From NCBI GenBank assembly GCA_043820925.1, contig JBDRDL010000032.1, positions 1 through 30,911 of the forward strand: DNA of 30,911 nucleotides, read 5' to 3'. The translations under genes were made by a program, and so were the position numbers. This DNA is from Methanobacteriota archaeon (GTDB lineage: Archaea; Hydrothermarchaeota; Hydrothermarchaeia; Hydrothermarchaeales; JACRDW01). This document shows, piece by piece, positions 7,242 through 15,527 of the stretch (the stretch's first letter is position 1; each line of letters starts with the position of its first letter). Under the pieces are notes generated by a model, which saw only the letters and a program-made list of their open reading frames with translations, made no database searches and was not told where the DNA came from.

Positions 7242-8018
7242 TCACCCTCCGAATGCTCTCAAATATTCTTCCTCAATGAAGTGCAGCTTTCCCGGCACGA
7301 TTAAGCTGTGCGGCAGCGAGCCGAAATCTTGCTTGATTAAATCTTTAACCTTTCCTGCTTTCAGAACGCAGTCATACGAGCCCACGCTGCCGAGAACAAC
7401 GCAGAGCGTTTCTTCAGTAAATACTCTCTCCTTTCTCTTTTTCTCGATCTGCAGCATCACCTGCATTCCCTGATTTGCAGTCATGTACTCCTTTTTCTCA
7501 GCCTTTATATCTAGGAAGAGCAGGGTGTGCAGGCCCCTTTCCCTGTTCTCCTTCACAACATTATATGGCGTCTCAGGCGAAAATCCAGCCTCAGGTATCG
7601 CAATCGTCGCACTTCTTCCGAACTTGTAGTTCTGCAAGCCGGAAATCGAAGGCGCAGCTGAATAAATCGAGGCATTGTGCACTACTCTTGTTTCTATGCC
7701 GAGCTCCTTTGCTCTGAGGCGCAGATGAACATGCGTGGTTGAAATTAATGGGTCGCCGGCGACGAGAAGACCCACTTTTTTATTTTTCGCATGCATCAGT
7801 AGCACATCTCCCCTTTCTTCGATATCAGCACGGTTCAGCAACTCAACTTCCTTTCCTATCAGAAACCCTATCTTTTCTTTTGCACTCGCCACACAAGTGC
7901 CAGCCAAAAGACTTGTATAGAACTCAGCAAATAGTATATCGCAGGAGCGTGCTTCTTCCAAGCCGCGAAGCGTTATATCCTTCTCGTCGTGCAGACCAAG
8001 TCCTATGAAGATTAGCAT
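7242..8018 (-). CDS. dph5: Diphthine synthase
   Basis: FIGLGL, AEFYTS, GDPLISTTH, GLQNYKFG, GLHTLLFLDI. Confidence 0.95.
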   Translation of the reverse strand: MLIFIGLGLHDEKDITLRGLEEARSCDILFAEFYTSLLAGTCVASAKEKIGFLIGKEVELLNRADIEERGDVLLMHAKNKKVGLLVAGDPLISTTHVHLRLRAKELGIETRVVHNASIYSAAPSISGLQNYKFGRSATIAIPEAGFSPETPYNVVKENRERGLHTLLFLDIKAEKKEYMTANQGMQVMLQIEKKRKERVFTEETLCVVLGSVGSYDCVLKAGKVKDLIKQDFGSLPHSLIVPGKLHFIEEEYLRAFGG

Positions 8019-8032
8019 GAGGGTAAATTTCT

Positions 8033-9037
8033 ATGGCAAAAGGTATAAAAGTTCCGCTGAGGGATGCGGAAAGAGTTAGAACGGGATTGCTGAAGAAGGG
8101 CATCTTCGATGACAGCAAAAAAATTAAGAGTAATAGGGATTTTGTAATTTTTCCTGTCAAGGATAAGTTCGAGGATTATGAACTTATATCAACGAAATTT
8201 GAGCCTGCTGAAAAAAGAAAAAAATTCGAGGACTATTTATTTGAATTTCTATCACAGAAAGAACTTCAAAAAGTCCGCTACTCCTTCGACGTTATCGGCA
8301 ATATTGCAATAGTCGAGATTCCAGGGGAATTAGAGAAGCAGGAGCAAAAAATTGCCCAGAGTCTTATGAAAGCTCACAAAAACATCAAAACAGTCTTCAA
8401 AAAATCCGGCGAGGTGAAGGGCGAAGAAAGGCTCAGAGATCTGAAATTTCTCTGCGGAGAAGAAAAGACAGAGACGATTCACAGAGAGCACGGCTGCCGC
8501 TTCAAGCTGGATGTTGCGAAAGTTTATTTCTCACCCCGATTATCCTACGAGAGGCAGCGCATTCTGGGGCAGGTTAAGGACGGCGAAGTTATTGTTGACT
8601 TATTCGCAGGAGTTGGACCTTTTTCAATTTTACTTGCGAAATATCGGGACGTAAAAGTCCATGCGATTGATATGAATCCAGCGGCAGTTAAATATCTGAA
8701 AGAGAACATAAAGCTGAACAAGGTGGAAGGCAGGGTAACACCGCTGCTCGGAGATGTGCGGGAAGTTGCGCCTCGCAACGTGGCAACTCGAGCGATTATG
8801 AATCTGCCCAAAAGCTCTGCGCAGTTCTTGGACTTGGCTTTCGATGTCATCGAGCGCGGCGTGATTCACTTCTACGCAATTTCTCCAGAGGATGACTTAT
8901 ATGACCCGAAGATAAATTTCATTAAAAAAATCGCAAAAGAAAAAAATAGAAAAGTAAAGATTTTGAATAAACGTATCGTGAGACCTTACTCGCCGAGAAA
9001 TTATCATGTTGTGATTGATGTGGTGGTGAAAAAATGA
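8033..9037 (+). CDS. trm5: tRNA (guanine37-N1) methyltransferase, Trm5/Tyw2 family
   Basis: FDVIGNIAIV, KVYFSPRL, DLFAGVGPF, IMNLPK. Confidence 0.88.
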   Translation: MAKGIKVPLRDAERVRTGLLKKGIFDDSKKIKSNRDFVIFPVKDKFEDYELISTKFEPAEKRKKFEDYLFEFLSQKELQKVRYSFDVIGNIAIVEIPGELEKQEQKIAQSLMKAHKNIKTVFKKSGEVKGEERLRDLKFLCGEEKTETIHREHGCRFKLDVAKVYFSPRLSYERQRILGQVKDGEVIVDLFAGVGPFSILLAKYRDVKVHAIDMNPAAVKYLKENIKLNKVEGRVTPLLGDVREVAPRNVATRAIMNLPKSSAQFLDLAFDVIERGVIHFYAISPEDDLYDPKINFIKKIAKEKNRKVKILNKRIVRPYSPRNYHVVIDVVVKK

Positions 9038-9063
9038 ACCTCTCGCAGCTCGGCGAGCGCAAA
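9034..9063 (+). repeat. Orphan copy 1 of the thiL 5' end (MNLSQLGERK)
   Basis: ATGAACCTCTCGCAGCTCGGCGAGCGCAAA versus the thiL start ATGAACCTCTCTCAACTCGGCGAGCACAAA; its ATG overlaps the trm5 stop (ATGA). Confidence 0.9.
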
Positions 9064-9102
9064 TTTATATATCTCTAAGTCAGAAATATAGACAGTGAAA
9101 CT

Positions 9103-9312
9103 ATGGATACGGATGTGATTTCTCGGATAGAGAAAATTGAACAGGAAGTTCACGACTTAAAAACCGAGCTTATATCTCTGAAGATAGGAGACGGAAAAAA
9201 AGGAGCCATGAAAAAAGCAGTTGCTAGTTTTGTAAGCGCTTCGCGAAAGCCTAAAAAACTCGTTTCTGAGTCTGCGGTATCTATAATCAGGAAAGAGCGA
9301 GGAAAAAGGTAG
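9103..9312 (+). CDS. Putative antitoxin (VapB-like)
   Basis: Small ORF directly upstream of a PIN toxin; C-terminal SAVSIIRKER resembles archaeal VapB tails. Confidence 0.65.
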   Translation: MDTDVISRIEKIEQEVHDLKTELISLKIGDGKKGAMKKAVASFVSASRKPKKLVSESAVSIIRKERGKR

Positions 9313-9317
9313 GGGTT

Positions 9318-9743
9318 ATGTTCCTCACTCTGGATTCAAACGTATTTGTCAGTGCTTACAAGAAAAATGAGGAATTTTCTTCCGCATGTCTCGAGCTCAT
9401 CGCAAGAATACCAAATGAGTTTAACCTAATTGAACCATCAGTTGTTCTGACTGAAGTTTACCGCGCCATAGGCGCATACTTCGGAGCAGATGAAGGCAGG
9501 AAACGTGCGAACGATGTTAGAAATATGTCATATCTACTGGTTGACTGCGGTACCTCCTTTTGTCTCGATGCCGGCGCTACTGCGGTGAAGTTTGACATAT
9601 ATTCAGCGGATTCGCTTTACTTACAAACGATGCTGAGGTACAAGACGGTTTTAGTAACTCTCGACGAGGAAGAATTTTTAAAGAAAATCAAAAAGAAAGA
9701 CCCGAAATTAAAGGCTTATCACATAAGAGATTTTCCGTTCTGA
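9318..9743 (+). CDS. PIN-domain toxin (VapC-like)
   Basis: LDSNVFV, VLTEV, ADSLY, LVTLD acidic tetrad. Confidence 0.88.
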   Translation: MFLTLDSNVFVSAYKKNEEFSSACLELIARIPNEFNLIEPSVVLTEVYRAIGAYFGADEGRKRANDVRNMSYLLVDCGTSFCLDAGATAVKFDIYSADSLYLQTMLRYKTVLVTLDEEEFLKKIKKKDPKLKAYHIRDFPF

Positions 9744-9784
9744 GGGTTAGGGAAATGAATGCGCACAAGAAGGGGGAAATATAA

Positions 9785-10306
9785 ATGAAAACCTATCTTA
9801 ATGAAAATTCTTTTTTATCGTTGGTGTCCTCTGCTGTAGAAGTCTATCCCAATGAGACATTAGGAATTTTGATTGGCATTAAGTCACAAGATAAAATACA
9901 GGTACAGTATGCGGTTCCTTATCAAACAGCTAAGAGAAGCAAGGACGAAGTTGAAGTAACACCATTAAAAGAAAGACGACTGAATAAATTCTTAACTAAA
10001 ACGACTGCACTGGAAATTGTTGGAGATTTTCATTCGCACTCTGAATATGAGGTATCAAGAGACGGATATAAATTAAGCCTCAAAGATAAAAGCTCAATGA
10101 AACGTGGTGGGCTTGGGATTGTCATAGTTATAAGTAAGGACAAGAAACGTAGAGAGTGGAGACATTTATCAAAAGGTTCACTTTTAGGCTCAATATATCC
10201 TTACAGATCGAGAATAACTTCATGGTTTGCTGAGGGAGACCAACAAAGTAAACGATTTAGTATTTCCGACATTTTTTGCCCTTTTGCATTGGGATTAAAT
10301 CGATAA
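9785..10306 (+). CDS. JAB/MPN+ metalloprotease-domain protein
   Basis: YPNETLGILIG...VGDFHSH...LSLKD matches E-xn-HxH-xn-S-xx-D. Confidence 0.82.
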   Translation: MKTYLNENSFLSLVSSAVEVYPNETLGILIGIKSQDKIQVQYAVPYQTAKRSKDEVEVTPLKERRLNKFLTKTTALEIVGDFHSHSEYEVSRDGYKLSLKDKSSMKRGGLGIVIVISKDKKRREWRHLSKGSLLGSIYPYRSRITSWFAEGDQQSKRFSISDIFCPFALGLNR

Positions 10307-10324
10307 ACTAAAAGGAGCAAACTC

Positions 10325-10353
10325 ATGAACCCCTCTCAACTCGGCGAGCGCAA
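10325..10353 (+). repeat. Orphan copy 2 of the thiL 5' end (MNPSQLGER)
   Basis: ATGAACCCCTCTCAACTCGGCGAGCGCAA, with its own AAGGAG SD upstream. Confidence 0.9.
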
Positions 10354-10393
10354 TTATTTAAGCTATGAATTGCAATTATAATATGGTGAGAAT

Positions 10394-10708
10394 ATGGAAG
10401 GATACGGCGACGTGCTGAAAAAGCAGATGATTCATGGCTTGGACATCGAGAAGAAATACATCAAATTTACCATGAAAAAAATGTTTAAGGTAGAGCTAGC
10501 GATGATTAAAAAAGAGATTGAACAGGTTAAGAAAAAACTTGAAAAATTTGAGAAGCAACACAAGATGAAGTCAGAAGTTTTCATAAAAAAATTCAATGCA
10601 GGAGAGTTAGGAGATGATAAAGAGTATATCCGGTGGTACGCTTATGCAGACACCCACAACAAGTTAACGGAACGTGCCAAAGGCATTGAGATGGTACTCA
10701 ATGATTGA
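10394..10708 (+). CDS. Putative antitoxin (TumA-like, partner of DUF6516)
   Basis: LEKFEKQHKMKSEVFIKKFNAGELGDDKEYIRW motif; overlaps the start of a DUF6516-like gene. Confidence 0.7.
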   Translation: MEGYGDVLKKQMIHGLDIEKKYIKFTMKKMFKVELAMIKKEIEQVKKKLEKFEKQHKMKSEVFIKKFNAGELGDDKEYIRWYAYADTHNKLTERAKGIEMVLND

Positions 10709-10965
10709 AGACTATCTGGCAGAGTTAAAGGCGTTACTTACCACTTCTAGAATTGTTAAAGACATTGAAAATTTTTAGAGATAAGTATTCTTTCCACTGG
10801 CAGAAATGGGATAAGATGATAATCCGATGGGATAATGCACCACACCATAAAGAAGTTTCTACTTTTCCCTATCACATGCACAAGGGCGAGAAGGTGTTCA
10901 AATCCGACGAGATGACATTAGAGAAAGTGCTCAAGATTTTAGAGAAGAAGATTGAAGGGAAATGA
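10701..10965 (+). pseudogene. DUF6516/TumE-like toxin, frameshifted and apparently internally deleted
   Basis: ATG 10701 gives MIEDYLAELKALLTTSRIVKDIENF-stop; the family motif KYSFHWQ...RWDNAPHH...TFPYHMH continues in another frame. Confidence 0.7.
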
Positions 10966-10993
10966 AGGCTTCAATTAAAAGAAGGCCACAACT

Positions 10994-11980
10994 ATGAACC
11001 TCTCTCAACTCGGCGAGCACAAAATCATAAAAATCTTTGAAAGAGAATTCAGCAAAAGCAGATGCAAGAACGCAATCGTGGGCATAGGCGACGATGCCTG
11101 CGTTGTTAAATTTGGAAGCAAATTGCTTGCGATTTCAACTGATGCAATTTATCAGAAAACGCACATACCGGGAGAGATGACGCCTCGCCAGATTGGAAAA
11201 TTCGCAGTTAACGTAAACCTGAGCGACATTGCTGCGATGGGGGCAGCGCCACTCGGCTTGTTTTTTTCCTTCGCCTTGCCTTCCAGCTTGGACGAAAACT
11301 TTGTGGAAGAGCTATCAAAAGGAATAAGCGAGGCGTGCAGAGAGCACAAAACCTGCGTTCTCGGAGGCGACACAAAGGAGCACAGCGAGATTGTAATCGC
11401 AGGAACAGCTTTTGGGAGCATAGAAAATAAAATTTTGAAGAGAAGCGCAGCAAAGGTTGGGGACTTGATTTGCGTCACAGGCAGCATGGGCAGCGCAGCA
11501 GCAGGATTTTACTGCCTGACTAAAAATTTAGGCATCAATGAGAAAACAAAACTGATAAAGGCAGCGCTTGAGCCGAAGGCGAGGGTGAGAGAAGGAATTT
11601 TACTTGGCAAGCACGCCAATGCATGCATTGACGTAAGCGATGGCTTAGCTTTTTCTCTGCACGAAATTGCAAAAGCGAGCAAGGCAGGATTTTTGGTTTA
11701 TGAGGAAAAGATTCCAGTAGATAAAAATGTCAGAAAAGTAGCAAAGTTATCAGGGGTTCCGCTCAGGGAAATCGTATTTCACAAGGGTGGCGACTACGAG
11801 CTCTTGTTCACAATAACTTCGGGGAGATTCGAGAGAATGAAAAAAGAAATGACAAAGCTGGGCACCAAGGCAACAGTAATCGGCGAAATAACGAAAAGAG
11901 GAAAAAAAATTTTGAATATTAGCGGCGAAAGAGAAGAACTTGAATCTCGAGGATACGAGGCTTTTATTACGAAATTTTAA
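10994..11980 (+). CDS. thiL: Thiamine-monophosphate kinase
   Basis: LGE, GIGDDA, NLSDIAAMGA, GGDT, IDVSDGL, GGDYELLFT. Confidence 0.95.
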   Translation: MNLSQLGEHKIIKIFEREFSKSRCKNAIVGIGDDACVVKFGSKLLAISTDAIYQKTHIPGEMTPRQIGKFAVNVNLSDIAAMGAAPLGLFFSFALPSSLDENFVEELSKGISEACREHKTCVLGGDTKEHSEIVIAGTAFGSIENKILKRSAAKVGDLICVTGSMGSAAAGFYCLTKNLGINEKTKLIKAALEPKARVREGILLGKHANACIDVSDGLAFSLHEIAKASKAGFLVYEEKIPVDKNVRKVAKLSGVPLREIVFHKGGDYELLFTITSGRFERMKKEMTKLGTKATVIGEITKRGKKILNISGEREELESRGYEAFITKF

Positions 11981-12082
11981 AACACTACGGCTTCCACACT
12001 TCTTGAGGTCTCAAGCCGAACATTCAAAAATTTTCCACAATTTTTTGCCTCGTTAATACCCATTTGTTGGGCAAGTGGGAAT

Positions 12083-12337
12083 ATGGGTATAAATCTGAAA
12101 GTTGACAGGCGAGGCAGGGTTACGCTGCCTGCGGTGGTGAGAGAGACCCTCGCGGCGAGACCTGGTAGCGAGGTCGCAGCGGAGGTAATAGATGAGGGGC
12201 TGCTGCTGTACAGGAAAGTCGCGCCCGATGAGTTCCTGAAAGAGGCAGGGGAACTGCAGGAAAAAATCAAGGCAACCAAGACGGCGAAAGAAGACGCCCT
12301 AAAAGCGAAGGAAATCTGGAAGGCGAGAGTTAGATGA
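12083..12337 (+). CDS. AbrB/MazE/SpoVT-family antitoxin
   Basis: KVDRRGRVTLPAVVRE motif; ATGA overlap with a PIN gene. Confidence 0.88.
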   Translation: MGINLKVDRRGRVTLPAVVRETLAARPGSEVAAEVIDEGLLLYRKVAPDEFLKEAGELQEKIKATKTAKEDALKAKEIWKARVR

Positions 12338-12747
12338 TAGCCGTAGACAGCAACATATGGATATATTACCTTGACCCGACGTTGCCCGAGCACAGGAAGG
12401 TTAAGCCCGTGCTTGAGGAAGCGATACGCTCCGAGAACATACTCACCTCGACGGTGATCTGGATGGAGGTGGCGCATTACCTGTTCAAGGTTTCCTCGCT
12501 GCCTAGGAGCGAACTTTCCCAGGCGCTCAAGAAGCTGCTGAAGCTTTCGACAATGAAGGTGGCGGACTTCGACGCAGCCACGCTGAGCATTGCCATGGAC
12601 ATCATCGAGGAAAAGTACAGGCACAGAATAGGCGGGCGCGACGCGGTAATACTCGCAACGATGAAGAAGAACAATGTGAGTAAGCTCATGACCCACGACA
12701 GAGGATTCGTGGGTTTGGTGGAATTGATAGACCCGCTTGCGCTTTAG
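12334..12747 (+). CDS. PIN-domain toxin (VapC-like)
   Basis: VDSNIW, WMEV, RDAVILAT, THDRGF. Confidence 0.9.
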   Translation: MIAVDSNIWIYYLDPTLPEHRKVKPVLEEAIRSENILTSTVIWMEVAHYLFKVSSLPRSELSQALKKLLKLSTMKVADFDAATLSIAMDIIEEKYRHRIGGRDAVILATMKKNNVSKLMTHDRGFVGLVELIDPLAL

Positions 12748-12836
12748 ATATACCGGATTGCATAATCACTCAATCAAGCCCCCGCAGGTTGTTTTGCTCA
12801 TTAAGTTTTAAATCCAAAGAGCGCTAATATAAAAGC

Positions 12837-13847
12837 ATGGAAAAAGAAGCAATGCTGTGGGAGCCGCTCAAGGATGAAACAGTTAGATGCAAGCTGTGCG
12901 CTCACCGCTGCGTGATTGCCGACGCCAAGCGGGGCATCTGCGCTGTGAGGGAGAACAGGAAGGGTAAGCTCTATACTCTCAACTATGCCCTTGCTTCCTC
13001 TGTTGCAGTAGACCCGATAGAGAAGAAACCCTTCTTTCATTTTCATCCCGGCAGCTCTGTGTTTTCTCTCGGAACGCTGAGCTGCAACTTTCGATGCCTG
13101 CACTGTCAGAATTATTCCATCTCGCAGACGCCGCTGGAGGAAGGGAAAGGTTATTTGAGAGAATACCTGCCTGAAAAAACAATTGAACTTGCGAAAAGCT
13201 ATGGCTGCGGGGGCCTGGCATGGACTTACAACGAGCCGACGATTTGGTTCGAGTACACTTACGACTCTGCAAAACTTGCAAAGGAAAATAACCTTTACAC
13301 GGTTTACGTCACAAATGGCTATTTCACAGAAGAAATGCTGGAAACAATAGCTCCTTACATAGATGCAATGAACATCGATGTCAAAAGTTTTACCGGGAAG
13401 TTCTATAAAGAAGTATGCTCTGCAAAGCTTGAGCCGGTCTTGCGGAGCGTGGAGAGGGCTGTTAAGAAGGGAATTCATGTTGAGCTGACTTATCTTGTTA
13501 TTCCGACAAAGAATGATAGTGAAGATGAATTTAAGCAGTTTGTTGATTGGGTCGCAGGCATCGACGTAGATATACCGGTGCACTTCAGTAGATTTCATCC
13601 ATATTATAAACTCGATTATCTGCCCTCTACTCCTGTAAATATCATAGAGAGAGCAAGGGAAATAGGCATGGAAAAACTGCATTACGTTTATACAGGCAAC
13701 ATTCCCAGCGATAAAGGCGAGAACACCTACTGCTACAAATGCGGAGAGCTGCTGATCGGGAGACTGGGATTTTCTATTCAAAAAATAAATTTAACCAGAG
13801 ACAATCGATGCCCTAACTGCGGCGCAAAGATCGAGATAATCAGATAA
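12837..13847 (+). CDS. amrS: AmmeMemoRadiSam-system radical SAM enzyme
   Basis: N-terminal CxxCxxxC...GICAVREN, VDPIEKKPFFHF, CNFRCLHCQNYSISQ, TYNEP, C-terminal Zn ribbon. Confidence 0.88.
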   Translation: MEKEAMLWEPLKDETVRCKLCAHRCVIADAKRGICAVRENRKGKLYTLNYALASSVAVDPIEKKPFFHFHPGSSVFSLGTLSCNFRCLHCQNYSISQTPLEEGKGYLREYLPEKTIELAKSYGCGGLAWTYNEPTIWFEYTYDSAKLAKENNLYTVYVTNGYFTEEMLETIAPYIDAMNIDVKSFTGKFYKEVCSAKLEPVLRSVERAVKKGIHVELTYLVIPTKNDSEDEFKQFVDWVAGIDVDIPVHFSRFHPYYKLDYLPSTPVNIIERAREIGMEKLHYVYTGNIPSDKGENTYCYKCGELLIGRLGFSIQKINLTRDNRCPNCGAKIEIIR

Positions 13848-14082
13848 TTCCGAAATATTTGCCTACGGCAAGAACGATTGCCCCGAGGATTCCGAAGATA
13901 GCGACTGTCGTAATCGTCCAGGCTTTGAGAGGTACTGGATTGCCAGAAAGAATCGTGTAATTTAAAATCAGCAGCAGCACGAGTCCAACAACAGTATTAT
14001 ATACTAATTTCTTCATCACTCTATAAAATATATACATAGTGCAGAGCACAATGGCAATGCTTACCAGAATTTCAAAATCCAT
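13840..14082 (-). CDS. Small membrane protein, BofA-like
   Basis: Three hydrophobic segments, NTVVGLVLL and GILGAIVL motifs; start moved to ATG 14082 to avoid overlap with the divergent gene. Confidence 0.6.
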   Translation of the reverse strand: MDFEILVSIAIVLCTMYIFYRVMKKLVYNTVVGLVLLLILNYTILSGNPVPLKAWTITTVAIFGILGAIVLAVGKYFGII

Positions 14083-14121
14083 ATTTTGAAATTGCTTCAA
14101 TAGATAAAAAATCTTTGGGAT

Positions 14122-14889
14122 ATGATAAAAGGTATATTTTACATCGAGGCGCAGGGAAATCACGAGGAATTTGTGAAAAATTCCCTGAGAGCAATGGTCG
14201 AAAGACTGAAGAGAGAAGAGAAGGTTGAAGTTAGAGAAGAATTCTTCGACGAAGTGATTAAAGAAGGCGAGAATTTTTCTTCAATGGTGGAAGTGGAGCT
14301 GCAGTTTGAGGACTTCCAGACCTATGTGCTGACTGTTATCAAGTATGCACCTTCCGCCATAGAAATTCGAGAGCCAGAAGAATTAGCGCTTTCTGCAGAG
14401 GAATTCGTAAGAGCTTTGGCAGAAATCATAAAAATCGCAAAGACCTTCTATGCAAAGTACAGCGTAGGGTTCAAATTTCCTGAGAAGTGCAAAAAGATTG
14501 AAGCCGGTTTGTCTGAAGATGAAATAGACGCTCTGAGAGACCAGGGCGCTCTCAGAGCCAAAATAATTGTTGAGTCGAAAGGAAAATCTGAAAAAAAAGT
14601 AGCGAATGATTTTGTAAATATTGTTAGCGACGATGTGTTTGTAAATAAATTTAAGGCTGTGAAAGTGGATAAGGGGAAAGGGTTCAGCGGCTTAGTCGGC
14701 ATAGATGCCTTCATGTACGAGCCCAAAACTCTTATAGATTTATCTGTCAGGCACACTCCGGTGCTGGTAGAGATAGTTGAACCGAACGAGATAGTGCTGA
14801 GCATGCTTGACATTCAGGATATTGGAGTAGATTTAGCAGGCATTTTTTTCGAGGCTGCTCAAAAACTGGTTTTGGGACATAAAGTTTAA
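14122..14889 (+). CDS. Conserved archaeal hypothetical protein with an internal duplication
   Basis: KYAPSAIEIREPEELALS is repeated as RHTPVLVEIVEPNEIVLS; host-like codon usage. Confidence 0.75.
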   Translation: MIKGIFYIEAQGNHEEFVKNSLRAMVERLKREEKVEVREEFFDEVIKEGENFSSMVEVELQFEDFQTYVLTVIKYAPSAIEIREPEELALSAEEFVRALAEIIKIAKTFYAKYSVGFKFPEKCKKIEAGLSEDEIDALRDQGALRAKIIVESKGKSEKKVANDFVNIVSDDVFVNKFKAVKVDKGKGFSGLVGIDAFMYEPKTLIDLSVRHTPVLVEIVEPNEIVLSMLDIQDIGVDLAGIFFEAAQKLVLGHKV

Positions 14890-15527
14890 AATTTTTCTGG
14901 GAAAAATTTTTGCGGCAGCTGCTCTTTAAGATGACGGCAAAGCACATTGCTGTTGCACCAAAGCTTGTAACCGTATTTTCTAGCCTTAATAAAAAAATAA
15001 AAATCTTCCCCAACCTGCAGCTCTTCGTCTTCTCTCTCTTTTATTTTATAGGCAAACCAAGGTTTTGGAATATGCTTAAAAACTTCTGTCTTTACTAAAC
15101 AACACCCCAGTCCTGCTGCCTGCACTTCGAAGAGCGAGTTTTTTGGAAAATCGAAATAAGGTCCCATTTTGAGTTCGTTATAAAGCACCGGCTCAGGCGG
15201 CTGTACCTTCGTCCAGTATATTCCCGTTACAATATCTTTATTGCTCTGCAGCAGGTGCGCAAATCCATGGGGTAGAACGTAAACGTCGCTGTCTATAAAG
15301 AATAGATACTTGGAGCTGTCCTCCTCTAAACACTCCTCAACAAGCGTCTCTCTCGCTTTTGCGACATCCATGACCTCCCCAGTAACCGGATCTTTATCGG
15401 TTATCCTGACCCTCCAACTGCTGCCTGTTGGCAGCTGGTCTATAACTATAAGCATGTGCGTCATGAATTTTGGGTCTACATAACCTCTTGTGGGTATTGC
15501 AAACGTAACTAACCGGTCGTATTTCAT
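14886..15527 (-). CDS. GT-A (family 2-like) glycosyltransferase
   Basis: YLFFIDSD (DxD), GLGCCLVK, GEDFYF, CRHL. Confidence 0.8.
   Translation of the reverse strand: MKYDRLVTFAIPTRGYVDPKFMTHMLIVIDQLPTGSSWRVRITDKDPVTGEVMDVAKARETLVEECLEEDSSKYLFFIDSDVYVLPHGFAHLLQSNKDIVTGIYWTKVQPPEPVLYNELKMGPYFDFPKNSLFEVQAAGLGCCLVKTEVFKHIPKPWFAYKIKEREDEELQVGEDFYFFIKARKYGYKLWCNSNVLCRHLKEQLPQKFFPEKF

Noticed and set aside
11977..13781. Long antisense ORFs 11977-12696 and 12801-13781, and similar shadow ORFs elsewhere
   Set aside because: They lie opposite well-supported genes and have no recognisable motifs
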